Shown here: positions 28,719-41,758 of the stretch, piece after piece
How positions within the stretch are numbered: position 1 is the stretch's first letter
Layout: every line of letters starts with the position of its first letter
Source of the DNA: Eledone cirrhosa
Taxonomy: Eukaryota
Assembly: GCA_964016885.1 (NCBI GenBank)
Contig: OZ024740.1
Location: 141,546,001-141,610,000 of the forward strand
Direction: 5' to 3'
DNA: 64,000 nucleotides
Position numbers and translations under genes: made by a program
Notes under the pieces: generated by a model
What the model saw: the letters and a program-made list of their open reading frames with translations, nothing else
Database searches by the model: none
What the model was told of the DNA's origin: nothing

Positions 28719-28917
28719 CGAAGGAAATGTGGTAAAGAACCAGATGGACCATAACGCACCAAAGTACTCAATACTTAGGGTAGTAGAGTGGGTAATAGGA
28801 ACGAGTAGGGCTCCGACGGCTGAGCTCAAGCCGTTTCGACGGCTAATTCTGGACTAATTCTAGTCCAGAATTAGCCGTCGAAACGGCTTGAGCTCAGCCG
28901 TCGGGGTCCTACTCATT

Positions 28918-28923
<6 letters not shown>
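28717..28923. mobile_element. palindromic non-coding repeat inserted in (TA)n; family shared with 63624-64000
   Basis: Arms 28796-28856 / 28861-28921; flanked by (TA)n on both sides. Confidence 0.85.
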
Positions 28924-28985
<62 letters not shown>

Positions 28986-29800
28986 TATGTATATATATAT
29001 GCACACACCCATGCATGCAGACTCGTCCATGTACCCAGGGAGAAACATAAACATACATGCATGAATAGTTACATAAATATGTTTTCATACAAATAGATAA
29101 ATATTTACAATCACATGTGCAGGCATGTACGAGTAGTTAAAGAAAAAACGCACACATATATGTCATACCCCCCCCCCCCCCCCACACACACACATATCAC
29201 CTTTCGGTGCATGACAAGCAGATTGGGATTGTGGTAACTGTTATAGCAGTCCGGACACCGTATCATCTTACCCCCATGAAGTCGTCTTCTTCTTTGATTA
29301 ACGAAAGAGTGCACTCTGGCTAGCTGAGTTCGAATTTTGAACTTGGTTGTCCATCGAGTGAGTGGGGGAAACGGCCGAAGTTATGTCTTTTCTATTTGAC
29401 TTGCTTCGACTCCTAAGTAATGAAAATATTAAAGATCTATGTAAAAATATATTACAAATTATCAGAGGAGATATACATACCTTCACTTATATATGCCATC
29501 TTCAGAAATGAAGATGGCATATATCAGTGAAATCTTTTTACATAGATCTTTAATATAATATACATACCAACACACACACATATATCCCAGAAACGATCGT
29601 AAAATGATGATTTTTTTCAATATAAGGAACCTGTTCTTTGTTTTTATTTCATTGTTTTTATTAATTTATCTTGACTTTGTTTTCCTATGATTTTTATCGT
29701 TAAATTTTGAATGCATTTTCTCTTTTCATGATATCTTCTATATTTGGATTACATTGAGTTCTTCATACGGATTGGACACTACCGTTTATTTTGGTAGATT

Positions 29801-29899
<99 letters not shown>

Positions 29900-30245
29900 A
29901 TATATATATATATATATTAGTATTGGTGCTCTGAAATATCGATGTATACGTGAATGTATGTATAGTATAATTGGCAATATACTGTATGTTTAATTAAAAA
30001 CATTTTGAAGACCATTCGCTATGAGTTTAAAAATATATTATATACTCGACTCATTTTGAATAATAGTAACTTCTCTGATTTATGACTGCAAACGAATGTA
30101 TCAATATATAGGTGCAATTAATATGTCTATGAAGATTTATTTCATTTATACTTTATCTGTCTACTTTTCTATTCCTTATCTGGGTATCACCTAAATGTTA
30201 TTTTGGCCTATACTATTTGAATCTTATTAATAAAATTTCTTGAAC

Positions 30246-30385
30246 CATTGTTCCTGAGGATAAACAGTGAAATGGACGTGTTTTATCGAGGCTAATACAA
30301 TGGAGTTACACAACTGCCATAGATTAGTCAAAAGGTCGATATTATCATGGTTCATTTCACTCTTTGAAACGATCGTAAAACAATG
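30246..30385 (+). ncRNA. type-I hammerhead ribozyme with long stem II
   Basis: cattgttc CTGAGGA taaacagtgaaatggac...gttcatttcactcttt GAAA cgatcg TA aaacaatg. Confidence 0.75.
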
Positions 30386-30597
30386 AATTAATTAAGCACT
30401 GAACCTCGTATTTTTTGTTCTCATTGTTCAACCTATACATCTTACACTGTGCTTCTTTGAATATTCAACAATATATAATAAGATAATAATTTTCCACAGA
30501 AACTTATTTCACTTCGCTGCGTTGTGATATTCATATGTACACTACATTGAATTCTAACAGCGTTGTAAGTCATACCTTTATTAGGTGGAATACTAGT

Positions 30598-30698
<101 letters not shown>

Positions 30699-30852
30699 CA
30701 CACACATATATATATATATACATATACATTTTTGCATATATACACCTCTCTCTCTTTCTCTCCCCCTCTCTCTCTCTCTATATATATAGACATATATATA
30801 CATACATATGCACATACATATACACATACATATATATACATGTATATATACA

Positions 30853-30931
<79 letters not shown>

Positions 30932-30996
30932 TATCTATCTATACTCCCTCCTTTACTTCATATATGGATGTGTCTATATAAATCTATCATGTATGT

Positions 30997-33900
30997 GTAT
31001 GTGTGTAAGGATGGTTGGATGGATACATGTATGTGTGTAAGGATGGTTGGATGGATACATGTATGTGTGTAAGGATGGTTGGATGGATACATGTATGTGT
31101 GTAAGGATGGCTAGATGGATACATGTATGTGTGTAAGGATGGTTGGATGGATACATGTATGTGTGTAAGGATGGTTGGATGGATACATGTATGTGTGTAA
31201 GGATGGCTAGATGGATACATGTATGTGTGTAAGGATGGTTGGATGGATACATGTATGTGTGTAAGGATGGCTAGATGGATACATGTATGTGTGTAAGGAT
31301 GGTTGGATGGATACATGTATGTGTGTAAGGATGGTTGGATGGATACATGTATGTGTGTAAGGATGGCTAGATGGATACATGTATGTGTGTAAGGATGGCT
31401 AGATGGATACATGTATGTGTGTAAGGATGGCTAGATGGATACATGTATGTGTGTAAGGATGGTTGGATGGATATATGTATGTGTGTAAGGATGGTTGGAT
31501 GGATACATGTATGTGTGTAAGGATGGTTGGATGGATACATGTATGTGTGTAAGGATGGCTAGATGGATACATGTATGTGTGTAAGGATGGTTGGATGGAT
31601 ACATGTATGTGTGTAAGGATGGCTAGATGGATACATGTATGTGTGTAAGGATGGCTAGATGGATACATGTATGTGTGTAAGGATGGTTGGATGGATACAT
31701 GTATGTGTGTAAGGATGGCTAGATGGATACATGTATGTGTGTAAGGATGGTTGGATGGATACATGTATGTGTGTAAGGATGGTTGGATGGATACATGTAT
31801 GTGTGTAAGGATGGCTAGATGGATACATGTATGTGTGTAAGGATGGTTGGATGGATACATGTATGTGTGTAAGGATGGTTGGATGGATACATGTATGTGT
31901 GTAAGGATGGCTAGATGGATACATGTATGTGTGTAAGGATGGTTGGATGGATACATGTATGTGTGTAAGGATGGCTAGATGGATACATGTATGTGTGTAA
32001 GGATGGTTGGATGGATATATGTATGTGTGTAAGGATGGTTGGATGGATACATGTATGTGTGTAAGGATGGTTGGATGGATACATGTATGTGTGTAAGGAT
32101 GGCTAGATGGATACATGTATGTGTGTAAGGATGGTTGGATGGATACATGTATGTGTGTAAGGATGGCTAGATGGATACATGTATGTGTGTAAGGATGGCT
32201 AGATGGATACATGTATGTGTGTAAGGATGGTTGGATGGATACATGTATGTGTGTAAGGATGGCTAGATGGATACATGTATGTGTGTAAGGATGGCTAGAT
32301 GGATACATGTATGTGTGTAAGGATGGCTAGATGGATACATGTATGTGTGTAAGGATGGTTGGATGGATACATGTATGTGTGTAAGGATGGTTGGATGGAT
32401 ACATGTATGTGTGTAAGGATGGCTAGATGGATACATGTATGTGTGTAAGGATGGTTGGATGGATACATGTATGTGTGTAAGGATGGCTAGATGGATACAT
32501 GTATGTGTGTAAGGATGGTTGGATGGATATATGTATGTGTGTAAGGATGGTTGGATGGATACATGTATGTGTGTAAGGATGGCTAGATGGATACATGTAT
32601 GTGTGTAAGGATGGCTAGATGGATACATGTATGTGTGTAAGGATGGTTGGATGGATACATGTATGTGTGTAAGGATGGTTGGATGGATACATGTATGTGT
32701 GTAAGGATGGCTAGATGGATACATGTATGTGTGTAAGGATGGTTGGATGGATACATGTATGTGTGTAAGGATGGCTAGATGGATACATGTATGTGTGTAA
32801 GGATGGTTGGATGGATATATGTATGTGTGTAAGGATGGTTGGATGGATACATGTATGTGTGTAAGGATGGCTAGATGGATACATGTATGTGTGTAAGGAT
32901 GGTTGGATGGATACATGTATGTGTGTAAGGATGGTTGGATGGATACATGTATGTGTGTAAGGATGGTTGGATGGATACATGTATGTGTGTAAGGATGGCT
33001 AGATGGATACATGTATGTGTGTAAGGATGGTTGGATGGATACATGTATGTGTGTAAGGATGGCTAGATGGATACATGTATGTGTGTAAGGATGGCTAGAT
33101 GGATACATGTATGTGTGTAAGGATGGCTAGATGGATACATGTATGTGTGTAAGGATGGTTGGATGGATACATGTATGTGTGTAAGGATGGTTGGATGGAT
33201 ACATGTATGTGTGTAATGATGGCTAGATGGATACATGTATGTGTGTAAGGATGGTTGGATGGATACATGTATGTGTGTAAGGATGGTTGGATGGATACAT
33301 GTATGTGTGTAAGGATGGTTGGATGGATACATGTATGTGTGTAAGGATGGTTGGATGGATACATGTATGTGTGTAAGGATGGTTGGATGGATACATGTAT
33401 GTGTGTAAGGATGGCTAGATGGATACATGTATGTGTGTAAGGATGGCTAGATGGATACATGTATGTGTGTAAGGATGGTTGGATGGATACATGTATGTGT
33501 GTAAGGATGGCTAGATGGATACATGTATGTGTGTAAGGATGGCTAGATGGATACATGTATGTGTGTAAGGATGGTTGGATGGATACATGTATGTGTGTAA
33601 GGATGGCTAGATGGATACATGTATGTGTGTAAGGATGGCTAGATGGATACATGTATGTGTGTAAGGATGGCTAGATGGATACATGTATGTGTGTAAGGAT
33701 GGTTGGATGGATACATGTATGTGTGTAAGGATGGTTGGATGGATACATGTATGTGTGTAATGATGGCTAGATGGATACATGTATGTGTGTAAGGATGGTT
33801 GGATGGATACATGTATGTGTGTAAGGATGGTTGGATGGATACATGTATGTGTGTAAGGATGGTTGGATGGATACATGTATGTGTGTAAGGATGGTTGGAT

Positions 33901-34043
33901 GGATACATGTATGTGTGTAAGGATGGTTGGATGGATACATGTATGTGTGTAAGGATGGCTAGATGGATACATGTATGTGTGTAAGGATGGCTAGATGGAT
34001 ACATGTATGTGTGTAAGGATGGTTGGATGGATACATGTATGTG
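30997..34043. repeat. 32-bp minisatellite, about 95 units
   Basis: Unit gtaaggatgg(ttg/cta)gatggatacatgtatgtgt. Confidence 0.98.
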
Positions 34044-34924
34044 CGTGATTCAGCTTTCGCTTTGCCTCCATTTTGTTATACGCCATCGCATCCATTTATG
34101 CATATGTCAACAGCCATCACCACTTTATATAACACAAGTGCAATATGTATGTTTGCATATATGCATCTGCATTCATTCGTAAACAGTCGAAATGCACATA
34201 TTTGCGTACGCGCAATCATACACACACACATATACACGAGTGCGCATACACATATATGTGTGCTTGTGTGTAAATGTGTACGTTTGTATATGAATACATA
34301 ATGTATGTATGTGTGTGGGTATGTATGTGGGTATGTATGTATTTATGTATGTATGTATTCATGTATGCATGTATATATGTATGTATGTGGGTATGTATTT
34401 ATGTATGTGTGTATGCGTGTATTTATGTATGTATATATGTATGTGGGCATGTATTTATGTATGTATGTATGTATGAATGTATGTATGTATGAATATATGC
34501 ATGCATATATTTATGTATGTATGTATATATATGTATGCATATGTATATATATCATAGTGTATGTGTGTGTGTATGTATCTAAATGTTTACGTTTTAGAGA
34601 AAGGTACATCGTAGTGGTGGTGTGTATCAAGGTATTGATTGCTTTAAAACACATGCCATGCCAATTCCAGACTGAAGATTAAGGGAAATGGCCCTCAACA
34701 CACTGCAATCTTTGGCCATTCCTGCAGAAGAGCCATTCACATTTCCGGTCAGTGGCTTCCGGCTGATGCAGTTGTTAATACGCCTCGATGATTAAGCCAA
34801 GCAAATAGCCGACTGTGTTGTTCGTCGTTCGTTTTCTTTCTCTCTCTTTCTCTCTGTCTCTTTCTTATTTATTTAACCTTTCTCGTTGTTAATCATCATC
34901 CTCATCTTTTCTTTCTACCCCACG

Positions 34925-35091
34925 CTTCTTCTTCTTCTTCTTCTTCTTCTTCTTCTTCTTCTTCTTCTTCTTCTTCTTCTTCTTCTTCTTCTTCTTCTTC
35001 TTCTTCTTCTTCTTCTTCTTCTTCTTCTTCTTCTTCTTCTTCTTCTTCTTCTTCTTCTTCTTCTTCTTCTTCTTCTTCTTCTTCTTCTTCT
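34925..35091. repeat. (CTT)n microsatellite
   Basis: Direct reading; source of poly-L/poly-K ORFs. Confidence 0.95.
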
Positions 35092-35661
35092 TTATCCTGG
35101 TGTTAACAGATTTTCCATCAATCCGGCCATTGTAAAAAATTCTAATAACTATTACCACACTGCAAAATCCAATCCTCCATCTACCCATCAACACGAAATC
35201 CAGCATCAGTAGCATCACAAGCATCCTCACCACCAACAACACCCTCCATGGATATTACACCGGCCATCAACATTGCTGTTTCTGTGATTTATGTATCTCT
35301 ACTATCAATAAACCTCGATCTATTCTCCGTCCTTCTACTACCACCACGACCACCAGAATCACCACCGCCATCACCATTAAAAATATCATCGCAACTACTG
35401 CCATCATAGCTTCTACCAAACACGTCAAGAATCAAACATAATAGTCACCAATCTCTCTGTCTTTATATATATGTGTGTATGTATGTGGCGCATGTATATA
35501 TATATATTGTCGGCCAATAAAGACTTTTGATGTATTGAAGGCTTCTTTGTTTTACTCTCTTAATTTTTCGGCTCTGTTTAACTACATTGAGCTATACCTT
35601 TTACTGTCATTTCTATAATACGAAGAGGGTGTTTAACTCCAACACACTCCAGTATTTTAAC

Positions 35662-35704
<43 letters not shown>

Positions 35705-35720
35705 TATATATATATATATA

Positions 35721-35808
<88 letters not shown>

Positions 35809-35938
35809 TATATATATATATTAATAAGAGGAATTCCAACTTTGTCTGATTTACTCGTTTTATTTACAATCCTTTAAAATATATATAATGGTATTATAAT
35901 GAAATAGTATGATAGAATATTAAATTCTAAGTGTTAAT

Positions 35939-35977
35939 TGAACAAGTACTTTCATGCTTTCGCAATCTTCAGGTTCA
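35939..35977 (-). ncRNA. minimal hammerhead ribozyme
   Basis: Mirror of 36048-36086. Confidence 0.75.
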
Positions 35978-36047
35978 TGATATGTGGTGACAGTCGAGTT
36001 TGCAATTGACAGTCGAAAATTGCAAACTCGACTGTCACCACATATCA

Positions 36048-36086
36048 TGAACCTGAAGATTGCGAAAGCATGAAAGTACTTGTTCA
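36048..36086 (+). ncRNA. minimal hammerhead ribozyme
   Basis: tgaac CTGAAGA ttgcgaaagcat GAAA gtac TT gttca; identical to 3646-3684. Confidence 0.75.
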
Positions 36087-36272
36087 ATTAACACTTAGAA
36101 TTTAATATTCTATCATACTATTTCATTATAATACCATTATATATATTTTAAAGGATTGTAAATAAAACGAGTAAATCAGACAAAGTTGGAATTCCTCTTA
36201 TTAATATAATCTTCTATACACAATCATACACACCCGTGTGTATTTACCTATCTATCTATCTATCTATCTCTA

Positions 36273-36350
<78 letters not shown>

Positions 36351-36364
36351 TATATATATATATA

Positions 36365-36454
<90 letters not shown>

Positions 36455-36630
36455 CACATACATATAACAATAATTTGTTATCCCGTATATATATATATAT
36501 ATAAACGGAAAAAATGAAACGAAATTTCATTTCTCACTCTTAGTACGGCTGTTACTTAAATATAAGTATGTATACGTCAATACATATATGTATACAGACG
36601 TACAGTAGTATGTATATATATACATACATG

Positions 36631-36675
<45 letters not shown>

Positions 36676-36793
36676 GTATGGATTTACCGAACATTTATTA
36701 TAATGCTCGGTGTGTTTGTAAACAAATATCCCGAATTAAGCCGTACAGTGTTTAGCACCCATCGTTGCCCTTTTGTTCAACACTGACAAAGGA

Positions 36794-36836
36794 ACGATGT
36801 ACTAGTTTCAAGCTTATTAGCTATCGTCAGCAACGT
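36794..36836 (-). ncRNA. minimal hammerhead ribozyme
   Basis: Reverse complement: acgttg CTGACGA tagctaataagctt GAAA ctag TA catcgt; GUA cleavage triplet. Confidence 0.8.
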
Positions 36837-36933
36837 ATACCTTCCTGCTAGATGATTGAACGTCTGAAAGTATATACTTTGTTTATGCATATTAACGGCT
36901 GAGCAGCCCAATTTGCATATCGAGTGAGTTATG

Positions 36934-36990
<57 letters not shown>

Positions 36991-37074
36991 GTATGTATGT
37001 GTATATATATATATATATAGTGAAAAATTGAACGGGAACAAAACAGAGAGGCAGTACGAACAAAGGTTTATTAG

Positions 37075-37144
37075 TTTCACGCTCTTGAGAGTGGGGTGGT
37101 GGTGGGGAACGACGTTTCGGGCATAAGCCCTTCTTCAGGTGAAA
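37075..37144 (-). ncRNA. minimal hammerhead core at a PLE-like 3' end
   Basis: Reverse complement: tttcac CTGAAGA agggcttatgccc GAAA cg TC...; stem I partner gtgaaa displaced by ~30 nt. Confidence 0.65.
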
Positions 37145-37391
37145 AGTGTGTGGGAAGAGAGTTCAAATGTAGGGGAGTGGTGGAGAGACATATAGCAAAA
37201 AGGGGGTGAGAGGAAACGGTGCAAATGAAATTAAAAATAAAGGCATGATCAAAATAAAATTAAAATGGGGTAAAACAGGTGGTGGAAGGGTGTGGGGTGT
37301 GTAGGGGTGGTGGCGGGTGGAGTGGGGAGAGGGAGACGGGGTGTCCGAGCGGGGAGGGCTGAAGGTGGTGTGTGTGTGTAGGTGTACGTGT

Positions 37392-37440
<49 letters not shown>

Positions 37441-37831
37441 AAAGCAAGGGTTGGGGGAAGAACGGGGTTGCATGTTCAGGAGGAGGTGTGTGTGGGGTGG
37501 GGTGTAGGTCGGAGTGTGTGTGCGTGTGTGGATAGAGGGGTGGGGGGAGAGGATTCCGGAGGCTGAATGTGTAAATATGTGGTGGTACGCACGTATGTGT
37601 GTGGTGTTTATGCGTGTTGTGGATGTAGGGAAAAAAAATTTTTTTGGGTGTATGTCTGGGGGTGAGTCGTAAAGGTAATTCCGTAAAAGGATGTGGTGGA
37701 ATGCTGAGTAAAATCCTTGGGATGCGGTAGATATCGGGATCAAGGTTCACATATGTGTAATCCGTGAAGAGATTGGTCGGAAGAGGGGAGATGTGGGGTG
37801 CGCGCGCAACAGGAAGTGGTCAGAGGGTCAA

Positions 37832-37883
<52 letters not shown>

Positions 37884-37981
37884 CATATGTATATGTATAT
37901 ATATATACCTGACCTCATACTTCGGGCAGTAAGCGATATATTTACAAACTGTGGGGCTTTGCGCCCTATAGAATGGAAATA

Positions 37982-38060
37982 GCTGTCTGAAGAGCTGATC
38001 TTTCCGTTAGAAATTCTCTGAATTTCCAATCTTTTGTGAAGTGAAACCGTCAGTAATAGC
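37982..38060 (+). ncRNA. type-I hammerhead ribozyme motif
   Basis: gctgt CTGAAGA g...t GAAA ccgtcag TA atagc; island flanked by (TA)n. Confidence 0.65.
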
Positions 38061-38140
38061 ATTTTGGACAGGTGAATATTTAAATCGTATTTTAATTTAT
38101 TTAAAAGATTGTTTAATGTTTGCTTGTTCCGCTCATCTTA

Positions 38141-38227
<87 letters not shown>

Positions 38228-38462
38228 ATATATGAGGTTATATTTCACTATTTTCATGGTAAGATGAGTTTAATTCAATGCACTTTTTTTACCTTTCCTT
38301 CTTCATGGTTCTAAGTCGAGCACCTATAATGGAGTCATTTTACTGATAATATCTGGGGTTTTTCTCCACAATTGGATGAGATACTCTGGCCGCATTGAAA
38401 CGCCCGTAGCAATGTATAAATAATTGATAATAATACTAATCCTTGGTCTTATTGAATTTTGA

Positions 38463-38562
<100 letters not shown>

Positions 38563-38940
38563 ACATATATATATATATATAGTGCAAGGTCAGCAATGAA
38601 AAAACAGTAATAACAAGCATGAATAACAATCACTAAAAGTGTTATTAATTTCAGGTTTAAATGAAATTAAGAAAAGAAGTACTTTCAACGTATCAGACGT
38701 TAGTCCTTCACAAGGAAGGAAACGAGAGTAGAGAGAGGTTAGGAGAAAGATGTTAGGGACAGAGGAAGAGTATTCGGATCTATCAGTGATGCTGGCGTGT
38801 GTGTATTGAGTCTGTGTTGTGTGTGTATTGTGCGTGTATTGTGCGTGGTTGAAGTGTATCGAGTGAGTGCATCTGTTTGTTCAAAGTGTGTGTGTCAACG
38901 TGTGTGCCGACATAACTGTGTATGTGCGTGCGTCATGTGT

Positions 38941-39135
38941 GGGTGTATAGGGTGTTTGTATAGTATAGATGGCATTTAGAGTGGAGTGTCTGTATTGTAT
39001 AGATGGTATTTAGAGTGGGTTGTTTGTATGGTATAGATGGGATTTAGAGTGGGGTGCCTGAATGGTATAGATGGCATTAATAGTGGGGTGTCTGTGTACT
39101 ATAGATGTGATTTAGAGTGGGGTGTCTGTATGGTA
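38941..39135. repeat. diverged ~32-bp minisatellite, about 6 units
   Basis: gggtgtctgtatggtatagatgg.atttagagt-like units. Confidence 0.8.
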
Positions 39136-40037
39136 GAAATTGGAAGATGAGAATTTCTGGAATGGTCAGTAATATAAAATGAATAATGAAAGGGAAATTA
39201 ATGAACAATATATACTTCATGATATTACATCTGTAATGTATGTGGTAGTTTATGCGATCCAATTATACACGGTTATATATTTTCTGGACTAATTTATTGA
39301 TGATGTGTTGTGATTTGCTATAGTGTTTGAGAAGAAATTTGTCTTGATAAATACTTGTTATTGATATCACTGAAATAATTGTGATTTGATGATCTCAATT
39401 GAAAATGAAATATGTAAATGAATGAAGTGAACGATATGTTACATGAATGATATAAGCACAGCAAACGTGTGTTATTTTATGTGGAGGTTATGTGATATTA
39501 CCAAAGTGTGTTTCAAGTATTGATATATTGTGCAGTAATAATGAATTTAGAAGTAAAGAAGATTTACCTTTTGATGGGAATTGTGTGAGCATGTCTGCAG
39601 TTGTTGCTGATAAGTAAGAAATTGGTAATCAATGATGTGCATAGTGATAATGTATGTAAATGTAATCTGTAATGATGAATCTTTTTTTGTCAAAGGTGGA
39701 ATGTACAACTGTATGAATTAGCCAAATAATTGTTGATTCGTATGTCTGTATTATGTCTGTATTTTTCATGATGTTAATTAGTTCAATAGGAGAAATTGTT
39801 TTTATCAACAATTATATCTAGGAATGTCTCTCTGTGGCATAATACATAACATGATACCTGTACATGCACATTTTATGAGACTTGCTATCATCTTTCCGTT
39901 GTTTGACAATACATTAGTGGAGGTAAAATGAGATATTGAGGGCAAAGAAAGAAAATGCCAGAATAACGAAAAAAAAAATCAAATACTTGCTGTATTTTAT
40001 ACCAACTGCATTCTTCGTTTTATGCCTTCTGTGTAGT

Positions 40038-40133
<96 letters not shown>

Positions 40134-40142
40134 ACTAAGAAA

Positions 40143-41100
40143 TTCTGTTGACACTCTAGAGAAAGCAACATATAGTTGCCGTGTGGGATATAGAGCAATA
40201 TTTCCAAATGTTTATTTTGTGTTTTATTTATTGTTATTGGCATAACTAATTTAATTTGAAATTGTTGCCTGATTAATGTAAAGGAAAAGCACTTCACTTC
40301 CCGAAGAAAAGGTAATTCAGAATGAACACAGCTTTCGTGTGATGAGGGTCATAAGTTATAAATTTAGCTCTAATGATCTTACATCTAATCTCTTGAATAA
40401 CTAAAATCTCCCATTACACATGCCATTAGCTGGGTCAATCGAACGTAGCAGAGTAATTACATCATTAATTTTCAATTTTAATACGTGTGAAGTGGGAAGA
40501 GTTGTCCTGCTGTGAACATTGATCATGACTGAATAGAACTGTTTCATTTCCGGGAAACTGCTTTAGTATTTCCTCATTGATGATATCAACATCAACATTT
40601 TGGGCGCTAGAACCACCATTTTGGAAAAGGTATTTGGCTCATTAATGTATTTTTGTACGACACTTGCGTTGAAACAGACGAGAGAGATAATGCCAGTTAA
40701 GTCATGGACAACATTACACTCCTGTAGTTGAATCTTGCTGACATCTTTTCATAAACAGGAATCATTAAAGCTTGCATCGGCAGTCTTTACTCTGGTGGCA
40801 TATTTAACGACAGATAATATTTGACTGAAAAATTTCCCCCCAAATTAAGACTTCCCATTTAAAGGGAACATCTTCCAGATTGACAAATTTTATGAGATCT
40901 CTCAAATAATTCATTCAAAACCCATGGGAGGAAACGGTGAGCCGCCGATAAATCCTTCTAAATAATGACATCAATGTTAATGATGTAAGCTATGTTCTCA
41001 CTCTGTATTGATATATTGCATGTAGCATCAGGAACAGGATTAAATGGAAGTCCTAACGCAGAATGTTCTACTCTCGGCAAGTAGCAAAAAAGCTGGGATA
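40143..41100 (-). pseudogene. Helitron-type PIF1 helicase remnant
   Basis: Reverse complement across frames: SQILSVV, NVDVDIINEEILKQFPG, HVLKLKINDVITLLRSIDPANGMCNG, RQQFQIKLVMPITINKTQ, QLYVAFSRV. Confidence 0.85.
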
Positions 41101-41758
41101 GTTGAACCGTTTTCTATTAAAATTAGTTTAATTTTCTGCAGAGTATCTAGTTATATGCGACCATTTATATATCTTACGTATAATACATTAATTTCATCTT
41201 CGTAAAATTGATTTTGGAAAGCTTCAAATAATTTAACTGGTTTAGTAAGATTACAGTATAGAGCAATAGAGAAGAAAAGACATACGAAGTTAATGCGGTG
41301 TGGCTGAAACGTGCCTAGCTTTCATTGTTTGGTAAAAAGTTTTGGAAATTATCCATAATACTCCCCCTTAAACATACTTTCAAAATACATTGTTTTGTTG
41401 CTCTCAGACAGATTTATTGGTGCCTCGAGTATACAGCCATGAGCCCATCTTCGATACACGCTCTAATTAATCTCTATAGAATGGAAGGTGGACGTAGAAA
41501 CGATCGTATTGACTAACCAGCAAAGCGCTTCAGCTACTCCGCCCAACTGTCTGTCTATCTCTCTTGGTAGCTGACGCACACAATTTTGCTGGTAAGTTTC
41601 TGTCAATTTATTTACAAAAAAACAGAAATTCTTGTTTAAAAAAACACATTGTTTTGTAGATTAACCCCCAGGCTGAATTGTCAGCTGGGTGGCAATCTCA
41701 TTTTTCGTCTCCACAGGGGTGAAAATTTAATTTGAAATTAATTTGAAAACTGTTAAAA

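Larger units (their letters stand above)
35821..36246. mobile_element. palindrome with 187-bp arms, derived from a PLE-like terminus, next to (TA)n
   Basis: 35821-36007 is the reverse complement of 36018-36204; 10-nt spacer. Confidence 0.9.

Noticed and set aside
29430-29555. Short inverted repeats around 'ttcagaaatgaag'
   Set aside because: The hairpin is real but has no complete ribozyme core or second copy to interpret
30974-34004. Long repetitive ORFs, or a CRISPR-like array
   Set aside because: Pure tandem 32-bp units with no unique spacers and no cas genes; the ORFs are incidental
38670-38720. Minus-strand GTGAAGGA..aacgt/acgtt GAAA gtac TT motif
   Set aside because: The core box is non-canonical and stem I is absent; at best a decayed hammerhead, not counted
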